A stretch of 64,000 nucleotides of DNA from Albugo candida. Lineage: Eukaryota. The stretch's first letter is position 1, and each line of letters begins with the position of its first letter. Of the stretch, positions 36,268 through 48,111 are shown piece after piece. Made by a program: the position numbers and the translations under genes. The stretch is taken from assembly GCA_040437565.1 (NCBI GenBank), contig JBDOQK010000047.1:62001-126000 (forward strand), written 5' to 3'. A model generated the notes under the pieces. It searched no databases and was not told where the DNA came from. It saw only the letters and a list, made by a program, of their open reading frames with translations.

Positions 36268-37002
36268 ATGAACCGTTCCTTTATAAATATCGTCATTATC
36301 TTGTCGCTGCAATATTTGGCAATTTTTGGTCAAACACTCGTACGATTTGCATCGGAAGGCTTCTTTCCAAGCAGCAATATCGTGGTTTACTATCGTACCA
36401 CAATATCGGAAAAACCCTGCCTCAAGTATTCCACAAGTGTGGAACGAGAGACAAGTGTTCAAATGGAGAGAACGAGCATTTTTAACAATTTGTTTCATCA
36501 CAACGACGGCTGGTTTAAATTTGAAATACAGGCAAATTCGCTCCATTTTAACGTGTCAATCGACAATGCGATCGTGGATGATAATGATGGCAAAGGTTAT
36601 TTTGCTCCTGAAGTGGCATTTTGGGCGGTGAATGGAAAAGTAACACCAACGTTAGAACAGAAGCCATTCACAATCTTTTATCAAACATCCTGGAAGAAGC
36701 CTACGATCAAATTTCTCGAGGATTCAAAGTGGGTGTCGACGACTATGGACCGGCATGATGGTAGTTATTTTTCCCCTTTCTTCAAAGGGGTCCATCAATG
36801 GTACTATTACACACAAGAAGCCGCGGGAAATTTCACATATGCGTTCAACAGTGACACTTCAACGGACGATAACGATGGCCGTTTCTATCAGGCATTTGGA
36901 GGCGGAATCTGGTTCCATGTAAGTAAAGTGGGTCCTCCTCAAAATGTATACACGGAACACGGATCGGAAGTCATTGTTCCAGTTCCCCAAGTAGAGCAAT
37001 GA
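36268..37002 (+). CDS. Secreted protein with two tandem CBM25/CBM26-like beta-sandwich repeats (5' part duplicated at 35549-35792)
   Basis: Hydrophobic N-terminus; two repeats of (V/I).Y.T...P...M...W...F...DDNDG..Y. Confidence 0.65.
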   Translation: MNRSFINIVIILSLQYLAIFGQTLVRFASEGFFPSSNIVVYYRTTISEKPCLKYSTSVERETSVQMERTSIFNNLFHHNDGWFKFEIQANSLHFNVSIDNAIVDDNDGKGYFAPEVAFWAVNGKVTPTLEQKPFTIFYQTSWKKPTIKFLEDSKWVSTTMDRHDGSYFSPFFKGVHQWYYYTQEAAGNFTYAFNSDTSTDDNDGRFYQAFGGGIWFHVSKVGPPQNVYTEHGSEVIVPVPQVEQ

Positions 37003-37227
37003 AAAGCTGTTCTACTATTAAAAATGAGAGTACATGTTTGTGTTTACTGAGGCGGAATGCGTGAAAGATTCAAATTCAAAGTTGGACCTATAGGAATAAC
37101 AGCCCAACTTAATTGGTTTTTTTTTTTNNNNNNNNNNNNNNNNNNNNNNNNNNNNNNNNNNNNNNNNNNNNNNNNNNNNNNNNNNNNNNNNNNNNNNNNN
37201 NNNNNNNNNNNNNNNNNNNNNNNNNNN

Positions 37228-37278
37228 TTTACAACTTTACAACTTTTTCAACTTTACAGCTTTACAGCATTTACAAGC
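37228..37278. repeat. Degenerate 8-9-mer tandem repeat (TTTACAAC/TTTACAGC), about 6 copies
   Basis: Read directly, next to a gap preceded by a poly-T run. Confidence 0.7.
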
Positions 37279-38116
37279 TGAACACAGTCTCGTATTAAGG
37301 GGGCTGAGGCTACTGCGATACGAGATTATCAACGAGGGACATATTACCGTCTCTCACAGGTATTTCACGAAACGTTTTTTATATGTATATGTGTTATTTA
37401 AGATAGCCTATGCAACTAGAGAAGTCAGTTAGTCTAATTCTAGTAATATAGACATCTTCAACTGAAGATATCGGCGAGACTTGGCCGATTACCGGTATTC
37501 TTTGGTATGCACCACATTATACTGAACAGAGCCATCTAATTAGGACTGAAATATGAGTGGCACTTGCATAACAACTTGTCTGTGCCGTTACCGGCAGCAA
37601 TGATCGTCTAGCGTACTGACTTCATGTTATTTGCAATGCACTCATAAACTATCCTTTTGAGTACGTATCGATCCATTGTACATCAGAAGGTGATGGGAAT
37701 GTAGAGCGCAGACTCATCTGGGCAAATAGAACAGACGAGTAATGTCACACCTTTTTATTAAGCGGATGAGAATATGTCAGAGTGAAATACATGCCACCTT
37801 GTCCCTATATTTGACGCACAGTAGCAACTGAGATCGATTTTAAAGAACTATTCCGGTCATTTTCCAGGGACGGCTGTGTGTTGCTCGAAATTGATTCTAG
37901 TNNNNNNNNNNNNNNNNNNNNNNNNNNNNNNNNNNNNNNNNNNNNNNNNNNNNNNNNNNNNNNNNNNNNNNNNNNNNNNNNNNNNNNNNNNNNNNNNNNN
38001 NGGAGTATTGGTCCTCTCTAGTGAACTTACTTGAGTATATGATATTTGTCCAATCACACTGTCTATTCAAGCATAAATAGCCAATAGGCTCACTCCTACT
38101 ATTTAATGACACAAGC

Positions 38117-39453
38117 ATGCCACCAAAAAAACGTGCACAATCAACGAAATCAGAGCAAAAGCGCAAGGACAAACTTTTGGAAGACAAGACATTTGGGTTA
38201 AAAAACAAAAACAAAAGTAAAAATGTACAAAAGTATATTGCTGAAGTCACGAAGCAGGTCAAAGGCGCAAACACTCGCGTTGATCGACTGAAGGAAAGAG
38301 AAAAATCAAACGTGAAGAAAAACAAAGAACTGATGGATGAAACAATGAAAAATATATTCGCAGCGGCGATTATACAACCCAAGGTTGTTTTCTTTTAAGA
38401 AACAGCTTCCATTCTGCTTCAATGACTGTCTTGATGCATTGTCACAGGTACCTCCAGGCGTCGACCCAAAGTCACTATTGTGTCAGTTCTTCAAGCTTGC
38501 TACTTGCGCAAAAGTACATCAATATGTTTTTGAAATTGGATATACAATGACACGTATCAACGAATAGGGAAGTCGATGCAAGTTCTCACACGATCTCAAC
38601 GTGGGCAAAAAATCTGCTAAAATTGATCTTTACACTGACAATCGCGAACCTGAAAAAGAAATCGGTACTATGTCAATAAATTGTTTCCCATTGTTTTCTT
38701 GCTTACAATAAAACAGATGTTATGGATACGTGGGATCAGAACAAACTGGAATCAGTTATTCAAGAGAAACACGGAGAAAAAGTTTCCAAGCAGACGGAGA
38801 TTGTAAGCACCTATTTCTATTTTGCAATTATAATGGTATCACACGTGAGAGTGAAGGTCTGTAAACACTTTCTCGATGCGATTGAAAAAAATCTCTACGG
38901 CTGGTTCTGGGTCTGTCCGAATGATGGTAAAAATTGCAAGTAAGTTAAGCGGTTGAAGCGCACAATCAATAGGTCTGATAATTTCTTGTTAAGATATCGG
39001 CATGCGTTGCCACCGGGCTATATGTTCAAGTCAAAGAAAGATCGTGAATTGGAGAAGGCAAATGCACGCGAAGAAATATCTATCGAAGAGATAATCGAAC
39101 AGCAACGCGCTAAGCTTGGTGCTACTGGAGGAACGCCTGTCACCGAAGAGACTTTGAAGAAATGGAAAGCTGACAAGTTACAGCGGAAGATAAATGAAGT
39201 AGAAGCAAAACGGAAAGAAGAGGCTAAGAAAACAGGAGGCCGCGGATTGAGTACGTACTACTGGTTTTATTCTATTATTTACGTGTTTGAATCACACATT
39301 TGGTGTCAAATTGCAGATGTTCTAAGCGGAAGAGCTTTGTTCTCGTATGATCCCACGTTGTTTCGAGATGACGATGATGCAGATGATGACCGATATTCTG
39401 TCAAGAGCGATGAGAATGAGGATCCTGCCGCTGTGGATTGTGCAAATGCATAA
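38117..39453 (+). CDS. TMA46: CCCH zinc-finger DRG family regulatory protein (ZC3H15/TMA46), multi-exon
   Basis: [56 protein letters not shown]. Confidence 0.95.
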
Positions 39454-39645
39454 TTGGGCAGAGCAGACGATTGTGTGAAGGTAGTAACAGCTGGTTGAGG
39501 TGCATGTAAATTTGTCTTCGGATGCGGGTTTCTCATTCAGACCAATACTCGAAAAGAATTTGCATTTGGCTGAGATGCACTGCCGTAAAAGAATTTAGAC
39601 TAGGCCGATTGATATAATTGCTATCAATACAGTTTTGCATATAGC

Positions 39646-40303
39646 TCATTCATCATCTGTTTGTTGTAAACCTTCCATAATGTTGTCACATATACCTGCC
39701 AATTGCTTCGATAAACGAGCCCGCCGCTGTGATTCAAACCTAACGTGAGTAATTCCACGACTATACAGTTCATTTTTCATACTATCTGGCTGCTTTCCAA
39801 TAATTTAGAAATCTCAACTTGTGTAAGGTCCCCTTCTTCTCTCCACTTTCTATCACAATGTTGGAGTTAGTACTTGATGTAGCATACTGTTGACTTGATG
39901 AACCGATAAGCGAGCGCCAAATTGTCAATCACTTGATGAAGCTATCACGAAACTATCACGTCAGATAATACCACTACCTGAATACACGAACCTGCAGCAT
40001 GACTTCATCCAAAGACGAGCATGCATCACTTTCAGCTATTGTCGGGGAAGAGGGAATGCTCGGACTGGGCGGATGCCTGACATTGCAATCATTCATGTCT
40101 TCATGCACATTAGTCTGATACTTTTCCACGCAATCCGATTCGTGTGAATTCGACCGGAATCGCTTATTATCAACTTTCGCTATCAAGTTTCCATTACTCT
40201 GCACCATTATATTGCTTTGACAACCTTCTTTCTTCTCAAGTACACCATTCTTAATATCGCAATCGAACGAATTAAAGGCTTCAACTTCCTGCGCCAGTGA
40301 CAT
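39646..40303 (-). CDS. Hypothetical protein (4 exons)
   Basis: Three phase-0 GT-AG introns (one with TACTAAC) give ...DEVMLQ|LHQVIDNLALAYRFIKST|KVERRRDL...SSQI|RRARLSKQL...DDE*. Confidence 0.55.
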
Positions 40304-40433
40304 AACAAAACTTCAACCACAAGTGCAACGTCACATACATTCCACGCGAACATAAGACGAATGGATGATAAGTGCGCTCTCCTGGAACACTATCGAGCAA
40401 AAAAGCAGCCAAGATCTATTTGTTCATTAACTG

Positions 40434-41957
40434 CTAAACATCTTCATCACGCAGACTATGTCGCTCCATGTGATCAGCTAAAGGACCTGTGGTATCGCTC
40501 TCCATCGAAACTTCTGAAGACGGCACAAGTGACACGTCTGAGATGTTCGAAATTTGTCTCTTCATCTCAAGAGACTTTCGTGCTTGCCGGCGCCATTTAT
40601 TAGCTCCCAACTTGATGCGGACCATCACATTGAGTTGTGTGACTCGTGTAAGGGCAGCAGCAATCTCTTCCGAACTGACTTGAACCTGCTCGCACTCAAC
40701 ATTTAAAAACGTTTCTCGAAGATTTGTGTTTAGGCCATCCACGACCCACGGGTGCTGTTTACATTGTTGGACTGTCCATCTTTTCTGTGGGTCCTTGTTA
40801 AGCATTCCATGCAACAAATCAGCTAGACTATCTGAAACAGATACTCGAGGATTCAGTTCTATTGGTTGATGCTCGATGAGCTTGAATAGCTCTATCATAT
40901 TGGCATCGTAGAACGGGATTTTTCCAAATACTAACGCGTACAATGTGACACCGAGAGCCCACACATCAGCAGCGTAAGCTGAGTATCCACCTCCTTTTAT
41001 TGTCTCCGGACCCATGAATGCATACGTTCCTGCAGTTGTTGTGACCATTCCATTAGCTTCATGTGCGGAGGAAAGTGCATCTTTATCAGACGGTGACGCT
41101 TTTGCATCGGTATGTTCAAACAGATTGGCGACTCCAAAATCAGCGATTTTACAAATGTTGTTTGCATCCATTAGAATATTTTCAGGCTTCAAATCGCGAT
41201 GGCAAATGTTATTTTCATGCAAATATTCCAGACCAAGAAGCATCTGACGAAACAACTCGCGTGATTCTTTCTCTGTAAACCGGTCTGGCGACACTTCATC
41301 TTGATTGTCACGAATAACACGAGCTTTTCCATTTGGAACATATCGTTCATTTTTGGAATCCCAAGTCATTATCTGACCAAGAGGTGCGTACTCCAACATC
41401 AGAACAAGCGTCTCTGCGTCATCGTCGAATATTTCCAACAGATGAATCAAATTCTCATGCCGTAGTTTTTTCATGATTGCAATTTCAATCTGGACTTTGT
41501 CTAGTGCAGTCGATATGACCATTTTTTTCCCGACACGTTTGAATTCTCTCATTCGCTTCAAGATGGACGTCTGGTACACCTTCAAAGCGACATATTCTCT
41601 AGACTTGGGTACTTGCGCAAAGTTTGCGTCGGTAAAACTTTTGTGCTGACCTAACTGCACCACACTGGTTGACCCCCGGCCTAACTCCTTTATGATCCGA
41701 TAGTCATGGATACTTCCCATATTCTCAGTCGTTTGGTCCGCATCCTTGTTCACTAAAGCGATTTCGCAACTTGTGTTCGATATCAAATCACTGCTTGTGT
41801 TCGTTTCGTCCGTCTGATTACATGTTTCCTTGTTTTCGGTGCGCGTTTCAGTTATTGTGGATGCTCTTCTTTTCTCTTTGAATAACGAAAACCGTCGAGA
41901 TGGTCGAGAGACTTCGCTCTCCGACGACAATGTGCGAAAACAATCGAATAAACCCAT
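40434..41957 (-). CDS. CaMKK-family Ser/Thr protein kinase
   Basis: LGRGS, VALK, EIAIMKKLRH, HRDLKPEN, DFG, TAGTYAFMGPE, DVWALG; basic amphipathic C-terminal helix. Confidence 0.92.
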   Translation of the reverse strand: MGLFDCFRTLSSESEVSRPSRRFSLFKEKRRASTITETRTENKETCNQTDETNTSSDLISNTSCEIALVNKDADQTTENMGSIHDYRIIKELGRGSTSVVQLGQHKSFTDANFAQVPKSREYVALKVYQTSILKRMREFKRVGKKMVISTALDKVQIEIAIMKKLRHENLIHLLEIFDDDAETLVLMLEYAPLGQIMTWDSKNERYVPNGKARVIRDNQDEVSPDRFTEKESRELFRQMLLGLEYLHENNICHRDLKPENILMDANNICKIADFGVANLFEHTDAKASPSDKDALSSAHEANGMVTTTAGTYAFMGPETIKGGGYSAYAADVWALGVTLYALVFGKIPFYDANMIELFKLIEHQPIELNPRVSVSDSLADLLHGMLNKDPQKRWTVQQCKQHPWVVDGLNTNLRETFLNVECEQVQVSSEEIAAALTRVTQLNVMVRIKLGANKWRRQARKSLEMKRQISNISDVSLVPSSEVSMESDTTGPLADHMERHSLRDEDV

Positions 41958-43143
41958 TTGCTTTATAATTTTATTGTGTCGGGAAGCTGAGATATATCAT
42001 CCAATCAACTCTCTACCGAATGAAAAGGGATGCAGCTGCTGAGTGAAGCCTTTACATATTTGAAATGTTGCTGAATGTTGGTCCGCACTCAAGTTCGTAA
42101 CTGGCAGCATTGCACACCCATATCTCGTTATAAAGAAACGATAGAATCCTAAGAATAGTTAATTTGAAGTGAAGGCAAGTACTGTACGATATTTTACAAT
42201 TATGCAAATGATCTGCGTCACGCGATTGTCAGAATTTTAGCGGCAAAAGCAGCTCATATTAGGCTCTCATCTTAGCCTATAAGATCAACGAGGCCGCGTA
42301 TCCCATTTCCATGCCGTGNNNNNNNNNNNNNNNNNNNNNNNNNNNNNNNNNNNNNNNNNNNNNNNNNNNNNNNNNNNNNNNNNNNNNNNNNNNNNNNNNN
42401 NNNNNNNNNNNNNNNNNNTCTTTGAATAACGAAAACCGTCGAGATGGTCGAGAGACTTCGCTCTCCGACGACAATGTGCGAAAACAATCGAATAAACCCA
42501 TTTGCTTTATAATTTTATTGTGTCGGGAAGCTGAGATATATCATCCAATCAACTCTCTACCGAATGAAAAGGGATGCAGCTGCTGAGTGAAGCCTTTACA
42601 TATTTGAAATGTTGCTGAATGTTGGTCCGCACTCAAGTTCGTAACTGGCAGCATTGCACACCCATATCTCGTTATAAAGAAACGATAGAATCCTAAGAAT
42701 AGTTAATTTGAAGTGAAGGCAAGTACTGTACGATATTTTACAATTATGCAAATGATCTGCGTCACGCGATTGTCAGAATTTTAGCGGCAAAAGCAGCTCA
42801 TATTAGGCTCTCATCTTAGCCTATAAGATCAACGAGGCCGCGTATCCCATTTCCATGCCGTGCTCGTAGGAACACGCGTCAGTACTTCAACTGGTTGTAA
42901 CCCATGCGATGGACATTACAGTATCAGGCAATGGTTAGCTTATTTATTCTTATATGTATCTGAAAGCTGTTTATTGGCTAAATATCTTCGCCATGCAAAC
43001 CTGACATTCACTCTTGTTATTGCACACGCTTTCATGTTTGAAGTTGACTTTGGAGAAACTCGGCATGTGATGTGATCATCTAATCGTGACACTACCAGCG
43101 TCTCACATTAACTTTACCACACGCATCCCGCCACTGACACCAT

Positions 43144-44653
43144 TTAAAAGTCCTCAACGCTCTCCCGCGCATGGCGAGTGAGTGGGACTAACAACGTCTC
43201 GAAAAGAATTCCAATCAGATAAATGAGTGAGGTGATCCAAATGCAATATTGGAAACCTTTCGTTTCCACCAGATGCACTCCGACTAAAGCACTTCCCTTG
43301 CAAACAAACATTGATACTTCCTCCAGAGAACTCCATCTCGCACGCTGTTGTCGGGGAAGAAAATCCATAAGCAGAGATTTTTGGAGAGGTTCCGCACTTG
43401 TGATCAACACCGCATTTAACAAAAACAACGCGACTAGCGTTCGGAACGCTTGCGTGCTGGCCATTTGAAATAGACAAAGGCTTCCGAAAACGCGTGTGAC
43501 GAGTATTACTGGCATCCTTCCCCAACGCTTAGACTGCCACTGTATGAAGAGAGAAAACAAAGCCACACACGCTGGATGTATGACAAATAAACTTTGCATT
43601 TGAACAGGACTCAGATCATATTTTCTGAAAAAGTAAAATGGGATGAAGCTTGCCGTAAGTCCTGATGCATTATCAATGATAAAGCCGCTCAGTACAAGGA
43701 GATATGGAACTTGCGAATCATTCAGGTACTCAAGTGTGCACTTTTTAGAGCCAGGAGGCTTTGAAGGAGAGAGATAAATGGGATCGGGGCTCGTTATGCT
43801 TTCATAAGGCGACAGCAGAAGACGTGAGCGTTCACTTTCTCCGCTCGAAAAGAGCCCATTGTCGTGCTTGATGTGATTGTGAGAGTGTCCAGCTGGATGT
43901 ATTTCTACACTCTGAATGGAATCGCTCAGCTCGATGTCAAAATGACGACCGATAGAGCGTAATTCCTTCTCAACAACCAGATATTTCATTCTTATCTCAA
44001 AAGAGACATCGTCATCAAAGTATAAAAGCGGAAACATCGACAGTGTGATCGTAAAAACACCGAATAAAATAACCGCACGAAGTTGGAAAAATGCCCAGTC
44101 ATCTTCATGCTGTGTGAAAAATACAATCGCAATCAAACGCCCGAGCGTGAGACCTGCATTCATGATGACAAATTTGACTGTGAATGGGAAAGATCGTCGA
44201 CCACGAGGAATAGAATCGGCGAATATGGCTTCCATCGCGGGACGTTGTAAGGCCGTGAACGCGCCCCAGATTCCGAAAGAGACGTACATCAGCCCAAGGT
44301 GACTCATCCCAATCGCTAATGCGGTCATGATGGCGCTCAGTATTCCCAATCCAGCAGCCATCTTCAAATTACGATCTCGACGGTATCGATCTGCAATGTA
44401 CCCGGCCGGTAGTGCTAAAAGTACCTGAGCTATTCCTTGAATTGCTGTCAGAGTCCCCATCGCTTTATTTGAGCCTGTGAGGACGTACATGTACCCGGAA
44501 AGAACCTGATGCATCATTATACTGAAGCAAGTACTCAGCGGGATTCAGTCAACAAAATGGATAGACGTACCTGTTGGAGAACCAATACAACATCGTGAAG
44601 ATGAATACTACTCTCACATTATGCTCTGTATGCTGCTTTATATATTCAAGCAT
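43144..44653 (-). CDS. MFS transporter (one 5' intron)
   Basis: AGYIADRYRRD and KRWGRMP motif-A-like loops; many TM segments. Confidence 0.85.
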
Positions 44654-44807
44654 TTCGATTTTACGGCTCTTCAGTCCGTTTCAAATGCGGTCTAAAAGAA
44701 GCTGTCGCCTCGTGAGAGAAGACTGTAATGCATATTGGAAGAAATACAAGCTCATTATTGCTATCAATTTATCACAGCAGCAATGATCCTGGCTACCTCC
44801 TGAAACC

Positions 44808-45317
44808 TCAATTAGTTCCGGGCAATTGCAATATGCGTAACGCTGAAACGATGAGTTCTTCAAGATGCAAGTCGGAGGCCTTTTCACGCAAATACGCCTT
44901 AAGCATTCGAAAATGCTTTGGAAAGGATTGTCTGAGCACTGCGATTGTGTCCAAATCGTCGATTTGAGCCAGCAAAAAGTCGGCCGAAATATGGTCCAAT
45001 TTCGCGTCCAATTGTCGCGTTTGAAGCAGCTGCAATCGTTTGTGAAAAGAGATCAGTAGCTTCTTTTTGGTTCTTTCTCGTCTTAAATCGAATCGTTGTA
45101 TCCTCGCTTTCGCAACGACAGCATCCAGTTCACAATCGTCTTCTACCATGTCCGATAGGAATCGAATCGGATCTATCGGTTGGTGTTGCAGTAAGCGACT
45201 CAGCATAACGTGAAACATTTTATCAATTTGATGCGTGCGGGAATACGACTCTATGGTTTCTAGCTTCTGAGAGGCAAGTGACCTCTTCGCATCGCATTTT
45301 ACTTCCGAGGGAGCCAT
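44808..45317 (-). CDS. Small protein with RIIa/Dpy-30-like dimerisation-docking motif
   Basis: ESYSRTHQIDKMFHVMLSRLLQHQPIDPIRFL. Confidence 0.65.
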   Translation of the reverse strand: MAPSEVKCDAKRSLASQKLETIESYSRTHQIDKMFHVMLSRLLQHQPIDPIRFLSDMVEDDCELDAVVAKARIQRFDLRRERTKKKLLISFHKRLQLLQTRQLDAKLDHISADFLLAQIDDLDTIAVLRQSFPKHFRMLKAYLREKASDLHLEELIVSALRILQLPGTN

Positions 45318-45442
45318 CAGTGTCTATAGATAGCGTGAGCGTCGTGTGAACAGAAAAAAGACAACGCAAAAGGAATGTCAATGTAGCGGCAAAAAGTGAG
45401 TTTTGTGCACACGATCGAGACAATAATGAAAAGCTTGTTTTC

Positions 45443-46586
45443 TTATTGATTCTTACATTCCGGAGGTTTCTCAGTAGCATTTGTCTTGTTTTCAAGCACT
45501 GGGTGCTTTTCTTTCTGTGCAGTAGAATCTTCATCGTCCGATTCTGCTTCCTCGCTATCGGAATCATCATCGTTATCATCCTCATACTCGGACTCCTGCT
45601 CTTCCTCGATCTCGCCAGTGAACCACAAAACCGCTTGCGGGATAATCGTCTCATGAATTGTGAATCCAATTTGAAAGTCAGTGGTCAACTGATCCATCAA
45701 GGCCGCGCTCTACAGCATACATTCCTTGAATAAACTGCTTTGTACATGCACCTGAAACCCACCTCTTGATCATCTTCATCTTCTGACGGCATGGAAACGT
45801 TTTGAAAAAAATCGAAGAAACTTTCTTGTCCTTCTGTTCGTGAAATGACTCGAGTAGACTTGCCTCCTTTAGCGCGTTGTTTGACTTTCTTGACGCGTTT
45901 TGTGAGATCTTTTCCTTCTTTCCAGTCGATCGTACATCCTTTCACGTTTTTTAGCACTGCATCACCGCTGTCAGTGGCATCCGCGACATCGTATTCTTTC
46001 GTGAGAACGTTATTGCCAAAGTATGGATTGCTTGAAAACTCGAATTCCAATCTGAAGCCCTAAAAGACTGTGAGTCCCATTGTTTTGACGGAATGCGAGC
46101 ACGTACATTGTCTTCCTCGTGACTGATGGAACGCACATCCATCAAATAGGCGAAAACAGGGACATCGTGATCTTCAATGATCTCCGCAATTGCAGAATGA
46201 TTCATAAAAGCCCGCAGCCAAAAGCCAGGAATTCCAACGACATTATCGTCCACGCTTTGCTCTGCGTCCATCTTCGTGCGACCTGACACGATACCAGCAC
46301 GTTTTTCATATAGAGGAGTATATAGTTTCTCATATTTGAGCTCCAAAATGCGTCGTTCTTTCTCAAACTGATCTTCTAATTGCGCTTGTTCTTGTTGCAA
46401 TTCTTTGAGTGCGTCGATGCGAAGCTTCACGTTTGGTGGAAAGTTCTCAGTTTCATTTTGTGCATCGATGGACGTCCCTTCTATTTGCGCAGTTACTTGA
46501 TCGATCGACTGAAACCCGCGGCCGTCACCAGCGTCCAATTCAATACTTGGCTCGCCGGTTGGATTCATTGGTCCCTGCGGATCCAT
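45443..46586 (-). CDS. NAP1: Nucleosome assembly protein NAP1 family (3 exons)
   Basis: LELKYEKLYTPLYEKR, GIPGFWL, FSSNPYF, IDWKEGK, ESFFDFF, IIPQAVLWFTGE. Confidence 0.95.
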
Positions 46587-46666
46587 TTGTGTAAATCAGA
46601 GTGGTAGGGCAGAGTACTAGGTAGTACTGTATTTAGGTGCGACACCATTTCTACCACTGCGACGAT

Positions 46667-48111
46667 ATGAATGCCACCAAGCGCCGCGTTGCGTATTTTT
46701 ACGACTGTACGTCCCTCATCACTTCAATTCTCTCACAACTCAAACCGCACTCATGCAGCTGAAATTGGAAATTACCATTATGGTCCGAATCATCCTATGA
46801 AAGTACGTTTCATCCTCGCTAGTAATTTATTTCATATTTAAGCTCCACTATAGCCGCATCGTGTACGAATGACTCACAATATGATTGTGAATTACGGACT
46901 CACAAAACATATGGAGATATTTGTATGCATATATCCTTACATTCTCAACATCGTATTCACACCTCTCCCTATAGCGTCCACCATTGGTACCTTGGACTGA
47001 ACTCACGCGCTTTCACTCGGACGATTACATTTACTTTTTACGGCTCGTGACGCCCGATAATATGCATGAGTACGTTCGACAGCTTCAGCGATTCAACGTA
47101 GGTGAAGATTGCCCGGTATTCGACGGTGTTTTCGAATTCTGTCAGTTGTATGCGTCCGCCTCAATCGGTGGCGCAGCCAAATTGAATGAAAAATCCGCCG
47201 ATATTGTGATCAATTGGTCAGGAGGATTACATCATGCCAAACGGTCAGAAGCTTCTGGCTTTTGTTACATCAACGACTGCGTTCTTGGGATCTTGGAGCT
47301 GTTAAAAACACATCAGCGCGTGTTATACATCGATATCGATATCCACCACGGAGATGGTGTGGAGGAAGCTTTTTACACCACAAATCGGGTCATGACGTGT
47401 TCCTTCCACAAATACGGCGAATACTTTCCCGGGACCGGTGACATTAAGGATACCGGATACGGCGAAGGGAAGAATTATGCCGTCAATTTCCCGTGTCGCG
47501 ATGGAATGGATGATGAAGCATTTACCAATATATTCAGAAGTGTGATCGCTACAATCATGCAACATTTTGCACCCGATGCGGTCCTTATGCAATGTGGCAC
47601 AGATTCATTATCGGGCGATCGACTTGGATGCTTTAATTTATCGGTCAAAGGCCATGCCGATTGTGTGGCGTATGTGAGGTCTTTCAACATCCCAATGCTC
47701 GTAGTCGGAGGTGGAGGGTACACACTCCGCAATGTGGCTCGCTGCTGGTGCTATGAGACCTCTGTCCTCACCAATGTGGAGATCCCTGACGCCATGCCGT
47801 ACAACGACTACTTTGAGTATTTTGGACCTGAGTATCGTATTCACATGCCGGTTTCCAATATGGAGAATCTTAATACACCCAGCTATCTGAACCAGATGAA
47901 GCAGACACTGCACGAACAGCTTCGACAGATCCAACCGGCACCCAGTGTTCCTTTCCACACAACGCCGTCCGCGCAAATGTACCGTGAAAGTGAAGCCGTA
48001 TCGAACGATCGAGTCCAAGATGAACAAATGGATACGTCGCAGGATCGATATGATAGTGGTAGCGGTGCGTTGAGTCAGTCCAGTCGGCATCCAGCAGAGT
48101 TTTACGACTAA
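46667..48111 (+). CDS. HDAC1: Class I histone deacetylase (RPD3/HDAC1), three 5' introns
   Basis: [42 protein letters not shown]. Confidence 0.97.

Noticed and set aside
36088..36546. 152-aa minus-strand ORF
   Set aside because: Overlaps the better-supported secreted gene and has no motifs
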